A stretch of 63,333 nt of DNA, filler included, from Dimorphilus gyrociliatus (GCA_904063045.1; 4 parts of 4 records of this genome joined end to end with filler, not necessarily neighbours in it), one strand, 5' to 3'. Positions 26,161-39,051 are shown, counted from the whole stretch's first letter. Translations and numbers: made by a program. Notes: a model not told the origin generated them from the sequence alone.

Positions 26161-26938
26161 TAAAAAAAGCTCTATTCTAAGCCTGACTGTTGGAGAGTAC
26201 TGGCTAGTAGAATCCTGTGTTTGTCCACAAGTTTTATAATTATAACCATATTCTATAGTTTTGAGAGACACTGTAAAATACTAGAACAGGTTTCTGTGTT
26301 GTACAACTTTGGTTATATTTTACATGCTTGAACTCTATTATTTTATGCAACATATACATGTACATCTTAAAACCTACGCAAGAAAATGCTATAACATTGG
26401 CCAAACATAAGTCTGATTAGTCAGCTTGAAGGCTCATCTTTAATTACCAATAAAGGTTTGGCCAAGTTATAATTTAATTAACTTGCCTAGGGTGTGGCCA
26501 AGTTATAATTCAATTAACCTTCCTAAATGTTGAACCTTGTAACATCCTGTTACTAAAGATAAATATGAACTACACATTTTGGCAACTGTAAAGTGATGAT
26601 TGGATGTCAGAGACAAACCTCAAAGTATATAAATCCTCATTATTCTCATTTGGCATGCAGCTTCCATCTGGACCCAAGGACCTGGGAAAATCATCTGGAA
26701 ACAACCTCCACTGGAACCATCCATCTACTCCTCAACATTGGAAGACAGTTTGGTAATTTGGCAACCTGCTATTACAAACTATCTACTCTGCTATTGAACT
26801 CTCATATTGTTACTTGCTTAAGTATTATTATTGCGAATAAACCATTTTAATTTAAACATTTGTTTAAAGGTTCGAGTAGAACCAGTATTGTTATAACTTG
26901 CAAACGCATAGATTTTGCCAGCAAGAGCAGTACAAATT

Positions 26939-26956
26939 TGGCGCAGTCGACAGGAT
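26939..26956 (+). other. Primer-binding site complementary to a tRNA-Ser 3-prime end
   Basis: TGGCGCAGTCGACAGGAT lies 4 nt after the LTR terminal CA. It complements the ..ATCCTGYCGACTGCG-CCA end I recall for invertebrate tRNA-Ser. A homolog TGGCGCAGTTGACAG is at 32641-32627 (-). Confidence 0.8.
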
Positions 26957-26994
26957 ATTCTTTTGGTTTATTCAAAAGTTTTGAGAAAGTAAAT

Positions 26995-29900
26995 ATGGCA
27001 GAAGGAGGAAATGGAAACGCCACTGGGGCAGTTACAGACTCTAACCCTTCAACCCCAGCAACTCCAACAATTACAATTCAGCCAGCAGGAATGTCAGAAA
27101 GGCAGCAAAGACTAATTGAAGACTATGATAGATTGGTGAGTGAAATGAAAAGAAATCGAATCACAATTCCAACAGATCATGGAGATGGAACACATCACCC
27201 AGCACAGAACCCAAATGTTGATATCACAACAGTAATTCAAGCATTAAGGGCTGCTTGGGACCGCCCTCAAAGAACTATTCTCAAGTTGTATGATGGAAGC
27301 AAGGAGTGTTCAAAATTCAAAGAAGACTTTAATCAGGCATGTTATGCTTATGGTTGGATAGGAGAAGATGTTGTGAAAGCAAATCTTTTAGATTATTTAA
27401 CTGGTCCTGCAAAGGATTTGGTGTTGGCTCTGGATGGAGAGCCTACTGTGGAGGAAATATGGAAAGCCCTCCATGACGAATTTGATCTAGATCCTTTGGA
27501 GTATCAGGAGAAATTGCTTAACTTAAAGCAAATGAATGGCGAAAGTGTGGTTCAGTTTGTTAATAGAGCAAAGAAATTGATAAAGAGGTTTTCTCCACCT
27601 AGACCAATGGAACCACAATTGCTTGCAACTATGAAAGAAATAAAACTGATGGAAGTTTTACAAAGAGGATTACAACAGGATATTCTACATTTAGTGTACA
27701 CCTTACATCCTAAATGTCAAACATTGGCAGAACTATATGAGGCTGCTAAGCAAGCAGAAACTTCATTAAAACTAACTCAAAGAAAACCGATCACAATGGT
27801 GTCAAAATTGGAAACTCAACAAAGAAAAGAGACCAAAAAGACCCAGGTAATCAGAAAAGATGCTTCTACAGAAACCCCAAATTTTTGGAATAGAAAGCAT
27901 GTACCTGACAACAAAAATGCTACTAAAGAAAAGTTTTCAAGCCAAAAAGTCCAAAAGTATGCACCAACTACAACAAATAGGTATTATAAGAAAAATCAAC
28001 CAGCAAAGACGATACTGAAAGAGGAACCTAAGCTACAAAAATTAGAAACATTAGACAATGAAAGCATGTCAGAAAACGACGAAGTTCAAGATATTCTCTG
28101 TTTTTCAGATAGTGACGAATCCACTTGTCAGCTGTTACAAAGCAAACAATCTGAGCGAAATGCCTCAACATTTATTGGACAATTTGAAACTAATACTGGT
28201 TTTAAGTTTGATGCCTTGATAGACTCTGGTAGTGACAGATCTTTCATTTCAAAAAAGGTATTAAGACAAGTTCAAGGAAAAGCATCCTTCCCAGAACAAA
28301 CTGTGAAAAATGCTAGAGATGCTTCAGGAAATAGCATTGAGATATGTGGAGAAATCATTCTCAGACTTTATTTTAATCGAAAGATTATTAAACAACGCTT
28401 TCTGATCAACAAAATCATTACACAACAATGTATTATTGGGTGTGACTTTCTACAACAAAATGGAGCTACCCTTGACTTTGGCAAGAGACAGATTATACTC
28501 CAGCCAGGTACAGAAAAGAATTACCCTGTTGGAACACAACACTTATCTTTCAAAGGGTTTTACCCAGTTCCTCTTATTATGAAAAAGAATGAGAGTCAAA
28601 TACATACCCTTCAGACAACAATTGAACAAGAAAATCCCAAGATGAAGAACAAAGTTACCCAAATTCTGGCAAAATATAAAGAAACTATTGCAGAAGACAG
28701 ATTTGATATTGGCAATCCAGAGGTACCACCCTTGGAAATAACTCTTGAACCAGGTTCAACACCATATAGACAAAGGCCATATAGAATGCCTCCTCAAAAA
28801 CAAGAAGAATGTAAGCAACAGATAGCTGAATTGGTAAAAAGCAAAGTTATTCAACCAAGCAAGAGCAATTGGGCTTCACCAATTGTTTTCGTAAGAAAGA
28901 AGGAAGGTAGTCTACGAATGTGTGTAGATTATAGAAAACTAAACAAAATGACAGTTAAAAACAAGTATCCACTGCCAAATCAAGATGATCTTTTTGACCA
29001 TTTGGGAGGAGGAAATAAATTCTTTTCTACAATGGATTTGACAAGTGCATACCACCACATTAACATCAAGAAAGAAGATAGGTCTAAAACAGCATTTATT
29101 ACACCTTTTGGCTTGTTTGAATTTATTAAGATGCCTTTTGGATTAACCAATGCCCCTCCTCATTTTAGTTATGTAATGAATTCATTTGTGCTAAAGGATG
29201 TAAAGCATTTGTGCCTAAACTACCTTGATGACATAATAATATTTACCAAGTCGCTGGACCAACATTGGGAAGCATTGGAGACCATTCTTCAACAGATTCA
29301 AAAGTACAATTTTAAGATTAAACTAAGTAAATGTGTGTTTTTGAAAGAACAAGTTCAATTCTTGGGACACATTGTATCAGAAAAGGGGATTGAAACAGAT
29401 AAGTCCAAGACAGATAAATTATATAATTTACAGCCACCAGTGTTTGCAAATTCACTACTAAGCTTTGTTGCATTTTGTGGCTATTACAGAAAATTTATAC
29501 AAGATTTTGCAAGAGTAGCTAAACCTCTGTATATGTTAATGAAACTACATGGGAAAAAGGATAAATTGCAATGGACTGAGGAAGCCAAGCAATCATTTTT
29601 CAAGTTGAGAGATGCAGTAGTTAACCCTCCTGTATTACAACTACCTGATTTTGCTAAAGATTTTCACTTAACAACAGATGCATCGAATGTAGCTGTAGGA
29701 GGAGTTCTTGAACAAGTTTATGTAGATGAGAATGGGAAGAAAACAATGAAACCCATTGCCTACGCTTCAAAACAATTCAACAATAATCAAATGAAATATG
29801 CAGCCTATCAAAAGGAAGCATTTGGGGTTTACTGGGTTGTAAAGAAATTTTTACATTACCTTCAAGACAAGCCATTCTTTTTATATACTGACCATCAGAG

Positions 29901-31502
29901 TCTAGTACAAACATTTAAGCAAAACAAATTGAATGTCAGCACAGCAAAATGGGTCATGGCTTTAATGGATTTAAAATTTACAATTAACTATGTGACAGGA
30001 CGAAAAAATAGAGCAGATGCATTAACAAGATTAGAAGAATATACACCCCCAAGGAAAGTAACATTTGAAGAGCTAATTCATGGAAAGATCAAAAAGGAGA
30101 ATTCTCCCTCTATTTCAGTTAAAATGGAACAGTATGAACATACACCAGAGTTAACTTTTGTAGCTACCAGTGATAACAGTGAAGAGAAAATTGATTTGTC
30201 TTCTGTTGACTTACAGTCAGAGCAAGAAAAAGATGTGAATTTAAAATCAATTAAAGAATATTTAACATTGGATGGTCAGCTACCTATTCCTTATTTTGGA
30301 ACTTTTACACCTTTCATAATGGAGATGTTTGTTCACAAGGAAATGATCTGGATTATCCTTGAAGAAAGAAACATTCTGGTTTTACCTGACCATTTGATGC
30401 TAACTCTGCTCCCTAAATTCCATAAAAATAAAATTCACAATCACCATGGACCCAGAATGACATTACAAATAATTACAAAGACCTTTTGGCACCCAAAATT
30501 AAAGATTATGATTGAGAATTCAATAAAGGATTGCACTTTGTGTGAACAAATGAATGGTAGGAGTAGAGTATACCCTTTGGTAGAAACCTTTCACCCTGCA
30601 TCACCAATGGAGTTGGTAGCCATGGATATAATGGGACCCTTACCCATGGTTAAGTCATACAGATTCATACTTGTGATAGTGGATCATTTCAGTAGATACA
30701 CAGTTTTATATGCACTCAAACAGCAAACCAGTAAAGAAATTGCAAACCTTCTTTTCAACAGATTTTTTCCCATTTTTGGAATTCCAAAACAAATGTTGAC
30801 AGATCAAGGAAGAAACTTTGTTGGTAAAGCTTTTAAAGAGTTTATGAAGGTATTAGGTATTGAGAAAATCCAAACAACAGCTTATAGAAGCCAGAGCAAT
30901 GGACTAGTTGAACGAAGAAATAGAGAAGCGAGGAAGAAATCAATAAATTAGTGGTGGAAGAAAATCAGCATAACTGGGTTGCAAACCTACCCTTGATTCA
31001 AGCATTTTTGAATCAATCACCTGTAGGAAGTACAAGACTACCACCCCAGGAACTTCTTTTTGGCACCAGCACAAGAACACTGATTGATGTAACAATGCAT
31101 ACTACCTCTCCTGAAACAAATGTACTATTTGTATTCAATCACCAGCAGCAATTAGTACAGTTAAGAGCTACAGCCTTCTGTAAATCCATCATGGCAAAAG
31201 AACAATATAGGGAAAGAAAGAATAGAAATCTCAATCTTCCAAAATATTTTGAGGTTGATGATGAAGTATTCTTAAGAAATGATGGTGCAAGAATTGCAAT
31301 AACAAAAATCCCTTCTTTAAAATGGTTAGGCCCATACCGAATAACAAAAGTCAATCATCAAAAGTGGATATATGAAATACAAATGGATGATAATACATGC
31401 AAGTTGGTACATGGTAGCAGATTAAGACTAGCCAATGAATCTAATAAGTTGGAAACAGGGAAAGAAGCAACAACATCTTTCACCTTGTGGAGAAGGAAAT
31501 AA
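26995..31502 (+). CDS. Gag-Pol polyprotein with a 1-nt frameshift at ~30934
   Basis: ATG at 26995 (MAEGG); LIDSGS protease, CVDYRKLN/YLDD RT, TDAS/TDH RNase H, HHCC and D-D-E integrase, GPY module in 30951-31502. No CCHC knuckle seen in gag. Confidence 0.93.
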
Positions 31503-31542
31503 CACACCTCCAATATCTTTCTCAGGTAGAAGGAAGAAATGA

Positions 31543-31861
31543 CTTCCAATTCCGTTTGAAGAATCAAAAGGCCAAGAAGTCATTGCCTTGTGTGACACAG
31601 GAGCATTGAGATCCTTTATTACTGAAAAAGAAATCAAGTTAATGGATGTTACAATTATGGATAAAGAAACAATTGGCTTACCAATTATAACTTCAGCTGA
31701 TGGGAAAGCTTTAAAGCAAAAAGGAAGTGTAAAGCTGAATATCCAATTTGCTGGAGAAAGTATGGAACAAGAATTTATAGTTATGGAAAATCTAGACATA
31801 GCAATAATACTTGGTTGTGATTTCCTACAAACTGTGGGAGCAAACCTCAATTTTGAAGCTA
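31543..31861 (+). CDS. Second retropepsin-type aspartic protease, downstream of integrase
   Basis: LPIPFEESKGQEVIALCDTGALRSFI...IILGCDFL. Preceded by an in-frame TGA at 31540-31542 and cut by the gap. Confidence 0.85.
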
Positions 31862-31961
31862 NNNNNNNNNNNNNNNNNNNNNNNNNNNNNNNNNNNNNNN
31901 NNNNNTTAATTAATTAANNNNNNNNNNNNNNNNNNNNNNNNNNNNNNNNNNNNNNNNNNNN
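31862..31961. other. Artificial contig linker
   Basis: N44-TTAATTAATTAA-N44, 100 bp, identical in form to 46490-46589 and 59724-59823. Confidence 0.97.
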
Positions 31962-32850
31962 AACTCTTTCTGTAACACATACCATCTCAGTAGGTTTGAA
32001 TGGTAGGAATTTTTCCACAAGTTCTTTACTTCTTCTGACAAAACTCTGCACAGTTTCATCATTGAACTGTTTCAATCTATCAATATCTTTCTTATAACAA
32101 ATAGGATCTGGATTGAATTCTTCATCCAATGCATCCCAAACTTCATTTTCAGTTGCCCTAGAGGGTAAGCTTTCAATAACATCTCTGGCTCTTCCAGTAG
32201 TGTATTTTCTCAGCATTCAGATTCTCTTTTCCTCTGTATCCCAAAGGTTCAATTCACAAGCAGTTTGAAAGTTCCTCTTAAAGGACCAAGAATCTTTGCT
32301 ACCAGAATAGGGTCTCAGCAAAGTCGTATTAGGTTTCTCATTAGCATCAATTAGAAGACTTGCAATTGTCTTTTCCAAAGCATTTTCTTGAATGCCATCA
32401 TTCATCAATTTTGGTTGAGTAGGATCAGGGTCCACCATACCTTCAGGAATTGTAGCTGCCCCAGTCATCAAATGGTACTTCAAGAAACTATTACCATCAA
32501 TTTTGGCTCCACTACTTTTAATTCTCAACATTAGTTCATTTATTTTAGTAAGATACTCATCTATTTCTTTGCTTCTGGTTTGGTCTTTTTCAAACACTAA
32601 AATATTCATCAAAGTAGAGTTGTGGGCTGTCAACTGCGCCATATTTGTACTTTGTTGTATTGTAATCGTAGGAATCTTGAGCTCATCAAATTCAAATTCG
32701 TCCTCACCAATCATTTACCAATGTACCAAAGTACTGGTCCAAATAGAACCTTTCAAGTTTGTCCACAAGTTGTCTCAACAAATGAAACTTTACTAGAAAT
32801 TTACCAACAAAACACCAGTATTTCGTTCAAAGAGTATTTATTACAGCTAG
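31962..32850 (-). mobile_element. Gypsy family 2: partial 5-prime LTR (to 32646), PBS and gag with an in-frame stop
   Basis: GTACA-AATA-TGGCGCAGTTGACAG. Gag (LRPYSGSK..F..AC..W..TGRARD..VWDALDEEF.PDP) is homologous to the family-1 gag. TGA at 32217-32219. Confidence 0.88.
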
Positions 32851-34111
32851 ATGGTTTACTTAATTACGTGAAAAAAACAGAAGAAGGAGTTTTAAAGTAT
32901 TTACACATGTAAAAAAAAACAAAGGAAATTCATACATCAAAATGAATTATAATGAAGAAAGAATTCTAAAAACTGTAAAGTTATGATTAATTGGATATCA
33001 GAGGCAAACCTTAAAGTCTATAAACTCTCTCACCAATTCATTCCAACCATCATATCTCCATTTAATCATGGTACAAAACAATCCAAAATATTCTTTTCCC
33101 TTCTTTGTTTTGCCAATTTATTGTAATATTATTTTTATTATTTGTAAATCTGTTTCTCTAAACTCTTATTCTTAGTGAAGCAAAACTACTTTAAGAGAAA
33201 TGCAATAGAAAATGTCCCCAAAAGCATGGTTTTAGACAAACAGTTTAAGCTTCTACATAGAGGTTGTTCTAGCATTAGTCTTTCTGTCCTATTGATAAAA
33301 ATCTACTCCTAATCTATAAATGTGAAAATAAATGTTTTTGTATTTTGAATTACCCAACTATCTATGTTTGTTAAATAACTCACTTTTTCCTAAATTGAAA
33401 ATAAACCAACTTTACTATATCCTTTTTAATTTACAGTTCTGAACAATTGTAAATAAAATGGGGTAATTTGTGGGGAGACACCTCTCTATGAGAGAACAGA
33501 TGGTTGACAGTTGGTAGTGAACAAAAGTTCCCCAACAAAAGGTCCCTTCTGGTTTCCTAACCAACACAAAGACAACCCATTGACAATAGTATAGGAACAG
33601 ATCAATGTATGCAATATCTTTAATCATCTCACAGTGTATTCCTAACATATAGGAACAAGTGTGTCTGATGTACAGTATATAAGGGGTTGAAAGTTTAACA
33701 TGGGTCTACAGACCTTATGCTACATATTTCCCTAAGGATATATATATATCAATGAGTTAGTTTTGGTCCAAAAAAAATCAGTGTTGTGGCAAAAATGTCC
33801 CAAATCTGGGCCGTTTAGGAGTTTCGTTATACGTCACCCTAGACGTTTCAATTCTGTTGGAGATGATAGAGCTCGAAAAGAGCTTTTCATTGATATGCTA
33901 CATGACCATGTAGCTCTTACAGTTCAGGAGTGCCTGGGTACTTAGAAAGATTTTGGAAAAAATATGTTTCTGAAAATACAAAATATTCTAATTCCAAACC
34001 GGAGATGAAATCACCCCTTATCTTAGAATCAGTCGTATTTCATGTGGCGGTAATGATTATGGCTCTAGACCGCCTCATGCAAATAAGATTGGCCATATAT
34101 GTACAGAGGAA

Positions 34112-34305
34112 GGATATGACAGAAAACATCCCCAAATTCATGATTTAACCCTAACCCTAACCTAGCCCTTGTCTCTCCTTAACCTTTTTGATTGCTCCTA
34201 ACCCCCCTAACTATAAATCAAAAGCTACTTTACCGCTCCTAACCATTTTTCAATCCGAAATGTTGCTTTCAAAAATCTCATTTGGGGACGTTTTCTGTCA
34301 CCCCC
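34112..34305. mobile_element. MULE-type MITE with telomere-like CCCTAA repeats
   Basis: TIRs GGATATGACAGAAAACATCCCCAAA / TTTGGGGACGTTTTCTGTCACCCCC with perfect 9-bp TSD ACAGAGGAA (34103-34111, 34306-34314). Confidence 0.9.
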
Positions 34306-35337
34306 ACAGAGGAAGGAACATAGAATTGAATCTAGGTCTTCCTTTGATACATTTTATTAGAGGCTACTAATAGATTGCTATACCTGCGGTTGCTTGAACA
34401 GGTCAACCTCTACATTGGTGTAAAACAGCAGTGACGAACACCTGATCTTAAAGCTACAGCTGCCAAATATCAGGAGTAGGTGTAACAACCACTTGTGACC
34501 TACATCTTTTTCAAACCACCATAGCTACTAAACGGTTAGGCCGATTTAGCTCAAATTTTGTATAGGGATTGCTTTGTTCTTAATCTAACCCTATACCAAA
34601 TTTCATAGAGATCGGAGCATTTTGAAATTTTTGATAATTTTATTGGTCAACCTACCAGTGGCTGACACGAATATTCGACCTGTGGGTACATCAAACCTTT
34701 CAATAATCAGTCTGGTGGTAATCATACTGTGGCCTTTCTACTCACTTGAAAAAAGGGTCAATAGACCCAAAATATTGTGAGTGATTTTATTTGGTGAATT
34801 GAATTGTTACAATTGTTAAATACGGGTTCTCTTCAAACTTGTTGAGAATTTGTAAGTGTTTTTGTTGGAGATATAGTTACAGCTTAGGCTGGGAAACTGC
34901 TACTTAAGATAGCAACTCCTCATTTAGCTACACCAACCCTTAGCTTAACAAGGTTATAAGTGTATGTGCAATTTTGCAATTGCCAGTCTCTTCTGATTGT
35001 GCTAATCCCTAACCCCAAGTCCCAGCCAAAGTAAACATAACTTGGCCAAACCACAAGTGACATTTTACAATGAACATTAATGGTGACTGTCTAAGGTCAA
35101 TAGTAAGCCAAATGTTATTATATTTTCTCTTACAGGTTTGTATAAGTCACTCATTTCCTTTTGTTAACATTGTAATGACCAATTTAAAGAAAGAAAGCTG
35201 ATTTAAACACTAAAAGGCGTATAAAATTTTTGATATAAACAATATTTCTATATTCTTTTTATCTAAAATATGCAATACTGATATCTTATTTTTTGGCCAC
35301 TGGGCTATTTTCTATATTAATTAGGATAACTTTTTCC

Positions 35338-35470
35338 TCAATATCTTTTATTGTACCCTTTGTTTTGGATACAAAGTCTGAGTCTCTTGTGAAAGCTTTT
35401 ATACAACTTTTAGATGTACCAATTTGGAATTTGTTGAAAATCCTCCTCTACTGCCTTCCACAAATTTTTT
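35338..35470 (-). mobile_element. Tc1-like transposase C-terminal fragment
   Basis: LWKAVEEDFQQIPNWYI*KLYKSFHKRLRLCIQNKG resembles the end of ORF 35979-36353. Confidence 0.65.
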
Positions 35471-35700
35471 TTCTCTCTAAGGACATGGTTTGGTAACATA
35501 TATATATGATATACTGATATAATCAATAAATGGTCCTAAATGTGTTGATGTGGTCTGTTTTTTAATGAATCCATGAACAGTGAACAATTGGTAAATTAAC
35601 CAATAATGACAATTCTTACTCTTACTACAAAGCTTTTTGTATGCTAAGATAGTTTTGAAAGAGATAACTATCAACTGAATTTCACACTCAAAATCAACAA

Positions 35701-36900
35701 TATATAAAGTGGACGACAGGTGTGTTGGAACACCTCAAATTTTTATAGGCCAAATATTAAAAATCTTTTTCGTGATGAACAAAGATTATTTTTTTTATTT
35801 TTTTAGTGTTTAATAATAGGTTAAACTTGCAATTTTATATAAATTTCTTTAAAACAGCAGTTAGGTATGTTTTTACATATTTTTTTTTATAGAAATTACC
35901 ATAGTTTTCTGATTTTTTTTTCTTATTTGGCTGCGTGACATGTTTATTGGAACAATGTTCAATAGTTAAATTTTTGGTCTACTTTTGTCTGTGCCCACCC
36001 TCTCTTTCTATACATTTGCTTATTCTACGGCCCATTCCTCCATATAAGCCTGGCAACAAGAGGGGATTTCTGTTGATAACCTTGTAGGAGCATTTCTTAA
36101 CCTTTTCCCACAGTTCATCCTCTGTCTCAAACTGTGGACCATCATAGACCATTGTCTTGGTCAAATGCCACATGTTCTCTATTGGACTTAGATCAGTGCT
36201 CCTTGCTGGCCAATCTATGGGCTTGATATTATTGCTTTTAAAGGCAGTTTTCATTTTTCTTGCAGTGTGACAGCCAGCATTGTCTTGCTGGAAGATGTAC
36301 TGCCTGCCCATTTTTGCCTCAATTTCTTCTATGACAGGCAGAACATCTTCCACAATGAAGGAGCTATAGTTTTCAGCTTGCTCCTTATCCTCCAGACTTC
36401 AAATATGCCATCAGAGGTTATCAACCCCCACACCAATACTCTCCCCATATTTTTTGTGACCCTGAAGTCCTTTTTGCTGTTACTGGTCCAAGTCCTAAAA
36501 TTGTCAGGTCCACTTAGCGAAAACCTAGCCTCATCAGTAAAAATAACCCTAGACCAGTCTAGATTTTCGCTAATAACTTTGAGGCAGTACACTTTTCTGC
36601 ATTTACAGTCTTTGGATGTGAGATCAGTTCTTTGTCTGACTCTAATATATTTGAAATTTTGTCTTTTCAGCTCCCTCTGTATTGTTCTTATGCTTACATC
36701 TACTTCTAATTCTTTTAATATCTTTGCTGCTATCACTCTTTGCTTGTTATCTTTCAGTTTCTTTACAATTCTTTTCATCCTTGCTATCTCTCTGTCGGAA
36801 AGCTTCTTCGGACCTCCCCTATGTCTTGTTCTGGCTTCTTATACTTTAGTATGTTGCTAATTGATGATAGTGCCATTCCTAAAGCTCTTGCTGTTTTCTT
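35701..36900 (-). mobile_element. Tc1-like DD34E transposon, frameshifted, 5-prime end missing
   Basis: IFTDE, FQQDN and SPIEN with 34 residues between the second D and the E. Frameshifts near 36360 and 36815. Terminus TATATAAAGT-N26-AAATTTTTATAGGCCAA is matched in inverted form at 44995-45048. Confidence 0.9.
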
Positions 36901-36904
36901 AAAT

Positions 36905-37040
36905 TAAGCTTATTTTGAGGTATTGAGCAAGAACATTGTTCCTAGTTACAATACTGGGAAAATTTTCCAGCAGGATGGGGCTAGTTGTCATACAGTATCC
37001 AGAACAGAAAAATACCTAAAGACTAATGACTAATGGCCAG
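36905..37040 (+). mobile_element. Tc1-like catalytic fragment in the opposite orientation
   Basis: Reads YFEVLSKNIVPSYNTGKIFQQDGASCHT. Confidence 0.75.
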
Positions 37041-37066
37041 TAGTTTATATCCAAACAGTACAAGAA

Positions 37067-38795
37067 GGGAGTGGGAAAACTCATCCCTGGGAAAAGTCTA
37101 CCCCTTTTTGGGAAAACTTGTCCCCTTTTGGTAAGAGCAAGTTTTATCATTTTTAAAAGAAAGTATAAGAAATATATATACTTTAAAATGAGAAATCTTT
37201 TTTTGTAGTTATAATACTTAGCAAACTAAAACTCTGCTTTTGAGAAAACTGGTAGATATCAAACTCTGCATTACCAGGTGTATTTCATGACAAAGAAAGT
37301 AGTCCCTTTCTTCCTGTTTACATGATTTGAAAGTGTAAAGGTAAAATTTAATATTGTTATATTTGCTTAGCCTATAAAGACACAATCCTGTGAGTATAAT
37401 TTTAATGTTAAAAAATGTTTATTTCATATATAGATTGTTACATTTTTTTTCCAGTGAAATATTAAACTCAAAGATGGCTTCACTTTGTCCAAACTGTGAC
37501 ATTCGATTTTATGGCAGACAAAAGAAGATAAAATGTGTTGAATGCCAAAAATTTCTCCACCAAAAGTGTCTCAAAGGTAGATGTCTTTTCATTAATATAT
37601 AGATATATCTATTTATATTTAATAAGCTCTTTTTTAAAGATCCAACTCAGCACATTTGCAATCTTTGTGGACCATTCCACAAAATGACATTGAAATGCAT
37701 ATATTGCAATCATACATGTATAGAATGAGGAAGAAAAAGCAGATCAAAATGAAAAATTCACACTTCTTCATGGAGGAAGCCAGAGAGGCAAGGACATTCT
37801 ATCACATGATGGATTTGCTTTTAATATAAAGAAAAGAAGTGAGAATATGATAATTTGGAGATGCTCTGTCAGAAATAAAAAAAAACATTTGTCCTGCAAC
37901 AATCAAACAAACAGAAAATATATTTGTCTCAAGTCATATAAATCATAACCATGAAAAAAGGAAGAGTTTAATATCAAGTATAAAGGCAAGGAGAGAACTA
38001 AGAAATATTTGTAATAATGATGTCAGGTCATCAGGCAGAAAAATTGCTGAAGATATTTTATTAAAATGTTCAGCTGAGGAGAATAGTTTGCCAAATATGG
38101 AAAATTTGAGAAGATTAGGTAATATCACCAGACAGAAGAAAAGACCTATAACATCAAATGGTCCATTTCTTGAGATAAATATTGATTTTCTTCCTGATGA
38201 TTTCCTGCAAAGAGATGTTTCATTTGGAAATCAGAGAATAATCATATTTGCTTCCAAGCAACAGTGTGACCTTTTATCCAAAAGCAAAGTTTGGTATCTG
38301 GATGGTACATTTAAGGTTGTCAGAGAACAATTTGTTCAACTTTTCTCCATCCATTCTTTTATCAAAAAAGATGAAGAAACAAAGCAGATTCCTTTGGCAT
38401 TTATTTTCATGACATCAAAGAAGAAGAAAGCATATAAACAAGTATTAAGGGTAAGTTAATAAACATTTTGTCTAACCTCTAAATTTTATCATATTCTCTA
38501 GGAAATTCAAACAATTACAATTTATTCCAAACCAAAAAAGTTCTTTGCTGATTATGAGTTAGGATTATGGACTGCTTTATCATCTGTTTATCCTAATGTA
38601 CCAATTCAAGGATGTGTTTTCCACTGGACACAAGCAATTTTCAGAAAAATCCAAGTAATATACTAAATTACATAGTTTTATTATATAATCATTTCATGTT
38701 TTTAGAATTTGGGATATGCAACTGAATATAAAACTAGGCTGACCTCTAAAAATATGATGAGAAATTTATTGGCTCTTCCTTTTCTTCCTTCTGAA
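37067..38795 (+). mobile_element. PHD-FLYWCH-MULE transposon, frameshifted and 3-prime truncated
   Basis: Terminal GGGAAAA..CCC repeats at 37067-37130. Exon 1 (37474-37576) CPNC..CVEC..HQKC, exon 2 CNLC, FLYWCH (WRCSVR..CPA..HNH), WYLDGTFK, DYE, GCVFHW. Cut at LPFLPSE. Confidence 0.88.
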
Positions 38796-38925
38796 GGAAT
38801 ATGACAGAAAACGGCCCCAACAGAAAACAGCCACAAATCAACAGAAAACGGCCTCAACTTGAACATAAAACGGCCCCAACTGGAACAGAAAACGACCCCA
38901 ACTGAGACAGAAAACGGCCACAGGA
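38796..38925 (+). repeat. Transposon terminus with ~6 tandem ACAGAAAACGGCCCCAAC units
   Basis: Starts GGAATATGACAGAAAAC, like the MITE ends at 34112, 4550 and 54006. Confidence 0.85.
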
Positions 38926-39051
38926 TTCTTCAACCTAAAATATATAAAACAAGAAATGAATGAAATTTTGAAAGTGTGTTTATTTGAACAGTTGAATACA
39001 TTATGAGACTACAACTTAAAAGATCATGCAATTTAACAACAATTGATTTAT

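Larger units (their letters stand above)
26300..31861 (+). mobile_element. Ty3/Gypsy LTR retrotransposon family 1 (5-prime LTR 26300-26934); runs into the contig end, 3-prime LTR not seen
   Basis: LTR, PBS and a single gag-pol ORF with domain order PR-RT-RH-IN. Confidence 0.97.

Noticed and set aside
31906-31917. TTAATTAATTAA palindrome as a biological site
   Set aside because: Embedded in N runs three times identically; an assembly linker.
38796-38925. CRISPR-like array
   Set aside because: Units are adjacent with only a few bases between them and no unique spacers; eukaryotic transposon context.
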